Part shown: positions 30,564 to 39,046 of the stretch, in pieces
Numbering within the stretch: the first letter of the stretch is position 1
How the letters are laid out: each line of letters starts with the position of its first letter
From: an uncultured delta proteobacterium
GTDB lineage: Bacteria > Desulfobacterota > Binatia > UBA9968
Direction: 5' to 3'
Length of the DNA: 64,000 nt
NCBI GenBank assembly: GCA_963816145.1
Contig: CAWFJP010000003.1
Coordinates: 800,001-864,000, forward strand
The notes under the pieces: model-generated
Told to the model about the DNA's origin: nothing
The model's database searches: none
The model's input: the letters and a program-made list of their open reading frames with translations, nothing else
Made by a program: the position numbers and the translations under genes

Positions 30564-31544
30564 CTACCGAATGATCCGATTCGCCCGCGCCAGCACCTCC
30601 GGCGGTATCGTTAGATTGAGTGCTTTGGCCACCTTTAAATTGACGACAAACTCAAACTTGCTCGATTGCTCGACGGGGATATCGGCAGGTTTGGCGCCCT
30701 TGAGGATCTTGTCGACCATCGCCGCGACGCGTTTGAAAGGCTCAACCTCGTCGGCGCCGTAGGACATCAAGCCGCCTTGCTCGACGAAATCTTCGCGATA
30801 GTAGATCGCCGGCAAGTGAAATTTGGCCGCCAGCGCGATGATCTGCTTCCGGTCAGTGGATTGAGACCGGCGGTGTCGTGTTATAGCGAGAGCCACGCTG
30901 CCCATCTTGACGGCATCTTTGAACCGATTCTCATAGCTGTCTGTAGCGCTGATTTTCATGGAGTAGAGCTGCAGCCCCAGCTGGCGCGCAGCGAGTTCGC
31001 TTTCTGTCCACTGCGGATCGATTCTTCCAGTTGCTGGATACCACAAGACGGCCACACGAGGGAGTTTGGGGATTGACTCCTTGAGCAACTCCAATCGCTT
31101 ACCTGCTAGGACTTCCGCCATACTGAAAAAACCTGTGACGTTCCCTCCGGGGCGCGCAAGGCTGGCCACCAACCCCCGAGCAACCGGATCCGCCGGCGAA
31201 TCGGTGAACACGATGGGAATCGTCTGGGTAGCCTTTTTTGCGGCCAAGCCGTCATTCGGCCCGCCCGCGATGATGACATCGACCTTGAGCCGAACCAGCT
31301 CATCGGCCAAGGCAGCGAGGCGCTCGGGTCGTTCTTCCGCATAGCGATTCTCGAAGGTTATGTTCTTGCCCTCGACGTAGCCGAGCTCGCGCAGTTCTCG
31401 GCTTATCGCGTCATGGCTAAAGGTCGAGCTCGATAATCCTCCGCTTAATCGCCCGACGCGATAAACTTTCCCCGCCGGCTGCGCCTGCGCCGAACAAACG
31501 CTCGCCACACACACCGCCGCCAGTAAACAGCCCGTAAGTTTCAT
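30564..31544 (-). CDS. ABC_sub_bind substrate-binding protein (divergent member)
   Basis: Family motifs. Confidence 0.9.
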   Translation of the reverse strand: MKLTGCLLAAVCVASVCSAQAQPAGKVYRVGRLSGGLSSSTFSHDAISRELRELGYVEGKNITFENRYAEERPERLAALADELVRLKVDVIIAGGPNDGLAAKKATQTIPIVFTDSPADPVARGLVASLARPGGNVTGFFSMAEVLAGKRLELLKESIPKLPRVAVLWYPATGRIDPQWTESELAARQLGLQLYSMKISATDSYENRFKDAVKMGSVALAITRHRRSQSTDRKQIIALAAKFHLPAIYYREDFVEQGGLMSYGADEVEPFKRVAAMVDKILKGAKPADIPVEQSSKFEFVVNLKVAKALNLTIPPEVLARANRIIR

Positions 31545-31600
31545 GCTTCTGTGCTCCGCTCCAGGAATCTCACTCACGCCTCGCGCCTCATGCCTCATGC

Positions 31601-32585
31601 CTATCGAATCACCCGATCCGCCCGCGCCAGCATCTCCGGCGGGATCGTCAAGCCGATTTGCTTCGCAGCTTTCAGATTGATGACGAACTCGAACTTCGTC
31701 GGCTGCTCTACGGGGAGATCGGCAGGCCTGGCACCTTTCAGGATTTTGTCCACGTACGTGGCGGCGCGCTGGAAAATATCGGTAAAGCTGGCGCCGTAAT
31801 ACATGAGGCCACCGGCGTCAATATACTCTGGCTGCGCGTACACCCCGGGCATACGGTTCTTGACCGCGAGTTCGGCAATCTGTGTGCGGCGAAGATTGAG
31901 CACAGGACTACCGAGCACGACGATCGCGTCAGCACGTCCCTTGCTAGCGGCTGCGAATGCCATCTCAATGTTTTTTGGCTCGTGTATGTCCAGGAACTGA
32001 ATCTGCATTTTGAACGCTGCCGCGGCGAGTTCCATCTCTTTCAGCGATAGTGACGTGGCTGAACGGGTTGAACTTCCGAGGGCGGCCACGCGAGAGAGCC
32101 TCGGAACGATCTCTTTTAGAATCTCCAGTTGTTTTCCACTTATTTCCGGGGCAAGGGTGGACAGTCCAGTAATGTTTCCGCCCGGGCGCGCCAGGCTGGC
32201 AACAAAGCCCGAGCCAACCGGGTCATCATCAAACCCCATGACAATCGGAATCGTGGAAGTTGCTTGCTTGACCGGACGGGTTACGGTTGGACCTCCCGAG
32301 ACGATGACGTCGACATTGAGCTGTACGATCTCGGTCGTAAACTGCTGCAAGCGATCTAGTTTGCCCTCTGCAAATCGATACTCAACGACAATGTTTTTCC
32401 CCTCCACGTAGCCAAGCTGGCGCAGACCCCCGACGAAAAGCGTCGACACGGGACGCGGCCGAGGTAGCCGAAGAAGCATTTAGGTATCCGATGCGCGGGA
32501 TTTTCGCCGGCTGCTGCGCCGGGACCGGCAAACCATACGCCATAACGAGAACCAACACCAAACCGCAAAGTCCTATCCGCCGCAT
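31601..32585 (-). pseudogene. ABC_sub_bind substrate-binding protein, first gene of the array, with a +1 frameshift in the homopolymer run at 32427-32431 (possible error)
   Basis: N-terminus in ORF 32382-32594, remainder in ORF 31601-32479. Confidence 0.8.
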
Positions 32586-32656
32586 AAACAGCACTCCCCA
32601 GAAATTCGAATGGAAATGACGACGAAGATTATCAAACCCATTCTTGTCCCTTCTAA

Positions 32657-32807
32657 CGCACGAACAATGCCACTAGTTTCACATGCATAATTAACCCTAG
32701 TTGACTGAATTAACAAAGAAATTCTTTTGGGCGATAGGCGCCGTATAGGCACTGGATCGGGACCCAGAGTAGTCGTTTTGATACTCGGTGTAGCAGACAT
32801 GCGACAC
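32657..32807 (-). promoter_or_regulatory. sigma54 promoter with enhancer-like palindromes at the head of the array
   Basis: TGGCATTGTTCGTGCG at 32672-32657; palindromes at 32767-32786 and 32787-32807; conserved with the 30132 copy. Confidence 0.7.
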
Positions 32808-32840
32808 TAAACGGAGGGAAGTGGGGATTAAGAAACTATT

Positions 32841-33004
32841 CTCCCGCAAAGGCGCCAAGGCGCTAAGTGACCGGCAGGGCCTGTCATCCGGAAACAATGC
32901 GAGGCGCTCCAAAACATTTCGCGCGGATTTTAACCGGAACTTATCAACGAAATCTAATTTGCAGTTATCCCCCTAACCTTTGCGCCTTGGCGCCTTTGCG
33001 AGAG
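32841..33004. repeat. CGCAAAGGCGCCAAGGCGC inverted-repeat element with a ~110-bp core
   Basis: Arms at 32841-32867 and 32978-33004. Confidence 0.8.
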
Positions 33005-33019
33005 ATAATCCGAATCTCC

Positions 33020-34793
33020 TTACTGACTTCTTGATCGTCGCAACTCTGCCGTCGCCGCGCTGTCGAGTTCAAAGCGTCGCCCGCTTTGCATGATCGCCAC
33101 GCCATAGTCGCGCCGGGCTGCATCCACCGATACATAACCAGAACGCACATCGGCCAGAACTTTGTCAGGCTCGCGCTCGAGCGGATTCCAAAATCCGCCG
33201 CCGCCGGCGGTCTCGACCAAAAAGCCGTCGCCTTCGGCGAGTTCGGTCGGATTGAACTTGCCGGTGGAAAAACGTTTGATCGTGCCGTCTCGATGGACAA
33301 TCGACACGCGATTGGCGAGCGATTCCTTGCCGCCATGCAGCCCCCATGGCGCGCAGATCGTCCGCTCCATGCGCGAGTAGATACTCGCCTGCTTGCGCAC
33401 ATGGGTCTGCTGCGCGACGCCGAGGCCGCCGCGATACTTGCCGGCGCCGCCCGAGTCCTGGCGCAGGGCGCGCTGCTCGATGATGATCGGGCTCTTGGCT
33501 TCGGTCGCTTCCACCGGTGAGTTGTGGGTGTCGCCGTCGTTGAGCGCGACCGTCGCGTTCATGCCGTCTTCATCCGACTTGGCGCCCCAACCGCCGCCGG
33601 GATGGCCGATATGGGCGAAGAAAAACCGCCCGGTCTCGACATCGAAGCCGTGCGGATTGACGATGCACAGATCGGCGTAGTGCGCCGCGATGGTGCGCTC
33701 TGGGCAGGCGTCGGCCAGACGCTTTGAATAGCGTGTCGCACACGGTCATCGGCACGGTGTGCCAGACCCGCACCGGCGCCGGCTTCATCGCGCTCACCAC
33801 CCGGCCCGGCGGTAAAATAATTTTCAACGGCCGAAACGAGCCTTCGTTGATCGGCAACAGCAGCGGCGTGGTGATGCACTTGAACACTAACTCGGCCGCC
33901 GAGCGGCCCGCCGTCGGCCCGGAGTTGTAAAACCCGGCCACTTGCGGACTGACGCCGGACAGATCGATGGTCATGTCCTCGCCGGCGACTTCGACGCGGA
34001 CTTTGATCGGCACATGCTTGCCGAAGTTGACGCCGTCGTCGTCCATGAACGATTCCGCCTGATAGACGCCGTCGGGGATCTGCCGCACCGCGGCGCGCGC
34101 GATTTTTTCACTCTGATCGTAGACAAGTTGAATGCTCTGTTTGAACGCCAGGTTGCCGTAGCGTTTGAGCAGCTGCATGACGCGCCGCTCGCCGGTGCGG
34201 ATTGCCGACAGCTGGGCGCGCAAATCGCCCATCGCCCGCGACGGCACGCGCACGTTGGCCTTGATGATGTCGGTGATCTCGGTGTTTTCGACGCCGGTGC
34301 GAAAATGTTTGACGAATGGCAGTTGCAGCCCCTCGGAAAAAATATCCCGGGTGATGCCGCCCAACTGCCCGCCGATGTCCTGCCAGTGCGCCATCGACGA
34401 AGAGAACGCCACGAGTTCGCCGTCGTTGAAGATCGGCAGCGTGTAGATCATGTGGTTCAGATGGCTGCCCATGATGTAGCTGTCGTTGGTGAGAAGAATA
34501 TCGCCGGGCTCGATATTCTCCTTGCCCCAGTGGGCGATCTTGGCCTTGATCGCGTCCGACAAGCCGCGAATGAACATCGGCAGGCCGAGGCCGATGGAAA
34601 TCGTGTTGCCGCCGGCATCGAACAAGCCGACGGTGAAGTCCTCCGCCTCGTAGATGATCGTGTGATACGCCGTGCGCATCAGATTGGTCTTCATCTCGCC
34701 GGTGATCGCGATCACCGCGCTGCGGATCACCTCGGCGGTGAAGGCATCTACTCTCTCCTCGCTATGCTCGGAATTACAAATTTCAGATTTCAT
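33020..34793 (-). pseudogene. Hydantoinase B/oxoprolinase family protein with a single +1 frameshift near 33718 (possibly an error)
   Basis: Paralog of 6153-7932; TLFKA/LADACPERTIAAHYADL continues in frame with ORF 33020-33562. Confidence 0.8.
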
Positions 34794-35062
34794 ATTTCAA
34801 AGCCCGCAGTGGCATGACAAGAATTATAAAGATTGAACAACTCCTGCTCGCGCTAATTCTCCAGGATCCGCGTCGCCCGCTCATCCACATCCGACGGCTG
34901 GCTGGTTTCCTTAGCAAGACTCTGCATCACTTTCCAGGAAACCGGTTCCAAGTCAAGAAAAGCACCCATGCTGCCAGCGCGGCTGAGGTAAAAGATAAAA
35001 TGATGCAACGCATCGTTCACCGCGTGGGAGCGCAACAAATTCACGTTGATTGGCGGGAGAAT

Positions 35063-36049
35063 TTACTTTTTGTCGAGTTCTTTGAGGGCCTCCATTAGAT
35101 AACTCCGATCGACATACTTCGCGGGGTCCGGCAGCGGGCCTTTGAGTCCGGTCAGCTCGGCATAAATGCGGATGTTATTTTTCATCCCCTCCATGGTGAC
35201 ATCGCCGTCCGGCGGCCAGTGGCGATTCTGGGTGTAAAACTCCCAGCCGAGGCGAGCATGCTGCGGTTTCAGCTTCATCTCTTGGGAAAGGAATTCCACG
35301 GCCGCGTCCTTGTTCTCGAACAGCCAGCGCATCGCCAGCACATGGGCTTTCATAAAGCGCACCATGATCGCGCGATTCTTCTCCGCCCATCCCCGGCGCG
35401 CGACGAAAGCGTTGGTCTGAAAGTGCGGGATGCCATCGCTGAGTTTGCCGAGAACGTTGAACCCCAGCTCTTGGGCGGCGTAGTTGAGCGGCGCGGCCAT
35501 CGTGGTCGCGGCGATCTGGCCGGCTTGCAGCGCGGCCAAATTCGCCGACGACCCGCCGGCGACGATCAAAAGCTTGTAATCCCGCGGATACTCCAGGCCC
35601 TTCAGCTTGAGCGCTTCGCGCATAGCCGTGACAATACCGCCGGTCAACGACGCCGTGCCGAAGGTCGCGCCGCGTAAATCTTCGTAGGTTTTATAATTCT
35701 TGCCGGCGACCAAAAACTGCGCGATGCCGTTGATGATGCCGCCGGTGACAATGAAATCGAGACCGCGCTCGGATGCCTCGATATAGGGCTCCGGGCCGCC
35801 TGAGCCGATGTGCAGCGAGTTGGCGGCCAGCGCCTGCACCGTCATCGGCACGCCGCGCAGCAACACCAGCTGAACGTCCAACCCCTGCTGTTCGAAGATG
35901 CCTTTTTTCGCCGCCACCCAGAGCGGACTGTAACCCAGAGTCTTGCTCGAAGCACCGAGGAATATTTTCGCCTTCTCCTGGGCCTGAGCCGATTCGCAAG
36001 TAACGAGCGCGAGCAGAATTACGATCGCGAAGCGCAGTCGAACGGACAT
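35063..36049 (-). CDS. NMT1/THI5-family substrate-binding protein
   Basis: PLWVA..KG.F...GLDVQL motif; signal peptide. Confidence 0.88.
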   Translation of the reverse strand: MSVRLRFAIVILLALVTCESAQAQEKAKIFLGASSKTLGYSPLWVAAKKGIFEQQGLDVQLVLLRGVPMTVQALAANSLHIGSGGPEPYIEASERGLDFIVTGGIINGIAQFLVAGKNYKTYEDLRGATFGTASLTGGIVTAMREALKLKGLEYPRDYKLLIVAGGSSANLAALQAGQIAATTMAAPLNYAAQELGFNVLGKLSDGIPHFQTNAFVARRGWAEKNRAIMVRFMKAHVLAMRWLFENKDAAVEFLSQEMKLKPQHARLGWEFYTQNRHWPPDGDVTMEGMKNNIRIYAELTGLKGPLPDPAKYVDRSYLMEALKELDKK

Positions 36050-36268
36050 GTTTTCCTCCTGAGCAAACGATCTGCATCCATAAAGATGCGTGACGGAGCT
36101 TTACAACGAGGCAGATTGGGGTTGCAAGATGTGACCGAAGATATTCCCAAGCTTACCGAAAGCGCCCGCAATGACAGCCTCGCTTGACCACCCTCGCCAT
36201 GAATAATTCCCTAGCCACGAGTAATTATTACGGGACGGAATTTCGTTCCGGCCGCATGAGCACGGGAA

Positions 36269-36312
36269 TATCAACTACTTGGGCGGCAGATTTCGCTGGC
36301 ATATCGGTTGCT
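36269..36312 (+). promoter_or_regulatory. IHF site plus sigma54 promoter
   Basis: TATCAACTACTTG (WATCAA-N4-TTR) at 36269-36281; TGGCATATCGGTTGCT at 36297-36312. Confidence 0.75.
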
Positions 36313-36356
36313 CTACAACCGAACCAGCTGACGGAGAAAAGGTAACTGGAGGCAAA

Positions 36357-36704
36357 ATGAACAAGATCAAAAAAGTCGGAATGGCAACATTGGTACTGGC
36401 GGCGATGAGCGCGGTGGGCTGCGCCGGCGGCTCGATGACGACCAGGGAAAAGGGCGCGGGTATCGGCGCCCTCGGCGGCGCGGCCGGCGGTGCTTTGATC
36501 GGCTCGGCCTTTGGTCGCCCTGGCATGGGCGCGGCCATCGGCGCGGGTACTGGACTCGCCGGGGGTGCCCTGATTGGCGACTATATGCAGGGACAAGAGC
36601 AAGCCCAACAGTACGAATACAATCAGCAGACGATTCAACAGAACCAGCGCACCATCGACCGCAACAATCAGCAAATTCAACGCCAGCGGTCGGCTGAATA
36701 CTAA
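36357..36704 (+). CDS. Glycine-zipper lipoprotein
   Basis: GGAGG RBS; lipobox-like AVGC; KGAGIGALGGAAGGALIGS...GAAIGAGTG; Gln-rich tail. Confidence 0.8.
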   Translation: MNKIKKVGMATLVLAAMSAVGCAGGSMTTREKGAGIGALGGAAGGALIGSAFGRPGMGAAIGAGTGLAGGALIGDYMQGQEQAQQYEYNQQTIQQNQRTIDRNNQQIQRQRSAEY

Positions 36705-36757
36705 AAGAACGCACGAACAAACGTTTAAGCGAATTCAAACGAAAAAGGAGAAGAGAA

Positions 36758-37351
36758 ATGAAAAAGCTAAGTACACTAGTAATTACGGGGGTTGTGGCGG
36801 GAGCGTTGATCACGCCCATGTTGCCGACCGCGGCCGACGCTAAACCGGAGGGGCAAAACTGGAAACAAAGCGAACACCGCAACCAAGATCATCGGCGCGA
36901 CTACCGTGATCATCGCAGCGACTTCCGCCATGACCAGCGCGACTTCGGCCATAGCCGGCGCGAGTATTATCACGACCGTCGCGATGTTCGCCACGCTCGA
37001 TTCGAAGATCGCCGGCGTTTCGAACATGAGCACAACGGACGCATAGACAACCGCGGCCATCAGAACAAGCCGGAGATCCGCAGAGACTTCAAAGACATTC
37101 GTAATGCACGCGGTGAGGTGCGTGACAATCGCCAACAACTGAGCAAGCAATACACCGAGCTGCGCAAAGACCGCATGGAGCTGCGCCGTGACATTCGCAG
37201 CGGCGCCAGTAAGGACGAGATCATGGGGGACCGCAAAGAACTTCGCGACGACTACTCGCAAATCCGCAAGACCCGCGACGAGCTCAATACGGACCAGGCC
37301 AAACTCGATACCACCCGCCGAGAACTGAGAAACGATCTGCACAAACGCTAA
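36758..37351 (+). CDS. Secreted His/Arg/Asp-rich coiled-coil protein of unknown function
   Basis: AGGAG RBS; signal peptide ending ADA; DHRRDYR-like heptads and DR.ELR.D repeats. Confidence 0.7.
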   Translation: MKKLSTLVITGVVAGALITPMLPTAADAKPEGQNWKQSEHRNQDHRRDYRDHRSDFRHDQRDFGHSRREYYHDRRDVRHARFEDRRRFEHEHNGRIDNRGHQNKPEIRRDFKDIRNARGEVRDNRQQLSKQYTELRKDRMELRRDIRSGASKDEIMGDRKELRDDYSQIRKTRDELNTDQAKLDTTRRELRNDLHKR

Positions 37352-37368
37352 CCGCCAACTCCGCATCT

Positions 37369-37404
37369 AGCCTAGCCGCAGCAACGTCTGCGGCTAGGCT
37401 CTTT
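37369..37404 (+). terminator. Intrinsic terminator
   Basis: AGCCTAGCCGCAG-N6-CTGCGGCTAGGCT hairpin followed by CTTT. Confidence 0.65.
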
Positions 37405-37683
37405 CCCTACAACATCTTTGTCGCTGAGTTCGGATTTTCTTGCGGCACTTCTTAGCGCTTTTGGCATTACTAAACTTTAGAATTGGCGCAGGCTGCGCCG
37501 CTGTGCGCCTTTCCCGTCGAACCCGGTGCGCGAATCATGCCCTACGAAAACCTTCGTGCCCTTCGCGCCCTCGTGGTGAAACTGCCTTTTCCGACTTTGC
37601 GCCTTCGACGACTTACCGCTTATTGTTTCTCGCAACGATCGCGATTAAGGTAAGTGGAATTTCCTCTGGAGGTCACTCGGGAT

Positions 37684-38703
37684 ATGGCAATCAAGCGCTA
37701 CAATTCCGGCATTCAGCGAGCCAAAGGGCTGATGGAGATCGCCGCCGGGCTCTATGACAGTTCGCTGTCGCATCAGACGCGGCGCGCCGCCGAGGGAGCT
37801 TTGCAGACCGACACCCGCCTGGGCCGGGTGGTGCGGCTTTCGCTCGGTACAAAATCCATCGAGCGCGGCGACATACCGATCTCGTTCGCCACCGGCAGCT
37901 TCCCGGAAATCATCGGCGTCGCCCGAGGCGACTATTCCCTGGTCTGGATCAATCCATCGGCGATGTTGACCATGGCTTACCGCGGCAAAGGAGTTTTCAA
38001 AAAACGCCTGCCGCTCAGAACCATCGCCACTTTCCCGTCCTTCGATGTCATGGGCTTTGCCGTTCACGAGTCCACCGGCATCACGTCCTTGGCGCAGATC
38101 AAGCGCGAACGGATCCCCCTGCGCGTGTCCACCGGCTTTCCGCCGAAAAGCGACATGACCGGAAGCGCGACCATGTTTACGGTCTCGGCAACTTTGAAAG
38201 CCGCCGGCTTCACCCTCGCCGATATCCAGAAATGGGGCGGCAAGATACATTCCGTGCCACGGCCGAGCGATCCGCGCCGCCGCGCCGCCATCGCCGATGG
38301 TTCGATCAATGCGATATTCGACGAAGGCATCAAGAGCTGGGGCCAAAGCGCCATCGACGATGGTTTTCGTTATCTGCCCATCGACGGCGCGGTACTGAAG
38401 CAGCTCAAGTCCCTCGGTTACCGGGCCAGCGCCATGTCGCGCTGCGGCTTCCGCGGTTTGAAACAAGATATACCCACCATCGACTTCAGCGGATGGCCGA
38501 TGATCGTCCATGCCGACATGCCCAACGAGGTCGCCTACGCGCTCTGCGAAGCGATCGAGCTGCGCAAAGATTTGATTCCCACCGACAACTTCAAAAAACT
38601 CAGCATGGCGCAGCTGTGCCGCAACGACGACGAGGCGCCGTTCGACGTGCCGCTGCATCCGGGAGCGCGACGCTTCTATAAAGACCGCGGTTATTTGCGC
38701 TGA
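37684..38703 (+). CDS. TAXI-family TRAP solute receptor-like protein without signal peptide
   Basis: GI.SL..I, DG.I.A.FDE and ...VPLHPGARRFY...G.L C-terminal motifs; GGAGG RBS before ATG at 37684. Confidence 0.7.
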   Translation: MAIKRYNSGIQRAKGLMEIAAGLYDSSLSHQTRRAAEGALQTDTRLGRVVRLSLGTKSIERGDIPISFATGSFPEIIGVARGDYSLVWINPSAMLTMAYRGKGVFKKRLPLRTIATFPSFDVMGFAVHESTGITSLAQIKRERIPLRVSTGFPPKSDMTGSATMFTVSATLKAAGFTLADIQKWGGKIHSVPRPSDPRRRAAIADGSINAIFDEGIKSWGQSAIDDGFRYLPIDGAVLKQLKSLGYRASAMSRCGFRGLKQDIPTIDFSGWPMIVHADMPNEVAYALCEAIELRKDLIPTDNFKKLSMAQLCRNDDEAPFDVPLHPGARRFYKDRGYLR

Positions 38704-39046
38704 TACGGAGAATTGCAGTTACTCCACAGGGGACTTATTTCCCTCTGTGTTCCCTCTGTTACTATACCTGTTAGTTTGCGAGACTTGCGCAAATTTATCG
38801 GGAACCAAAGCCTCGTCGGATTCGGATATACCTCGCGCCAAGACACGCAAAGGACGCCAAGTTCGGAAATCAATTTCTTTGCTTTGCGCCCTTTGCGTGC
38901 TTTGCGGGAGATATTCCGAGTTTCGGTTGCGGCCACGCCGCCATAGGTCCTCAGTAATGTTCTTTCACATCAAAGTAATCTACGCGGTTGCCGAACGCCA
39001 TCGAACCGTAGTAGACATCGCAGCGGAATCGAGTCTGATTTCGACT

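Noticed and set aside
8569-32411. Recurrent plus-strand ORFs reading ITRSARASTFGGIVRPICLAA... or NHPIRPRQH...
   Set aside because: Antisense shadows of the conserved SBP tail; variable starts and no RBS.
8829-32585. CRISPR array or classical integron interpretation of the periodic ~1 kb repeats
   Set aside because: The repeats are coding gene tails separated by whole paralogs; no cas or intI gene and no consistent RYYYAAC/GTTRRRY attC boxes seen.
8829-32585. Diversity-generating retroelement as the source of variation
   Set aside because: No reverse transcriptase in the window, and no template/variable repeat pair with adenine-specific differences noticed.
34853-35044. 63-aa ORF upstream of hydantoinase B
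   Set aside because: No recognisable motif or RBS; possibly a remnant but unsupported.
38747-39046. 100-aa N-terminal extension of the benzoate-CoA ligase
   Set aside because: Translates a palindromic repeat region; homology starts near the ATG at 39047.
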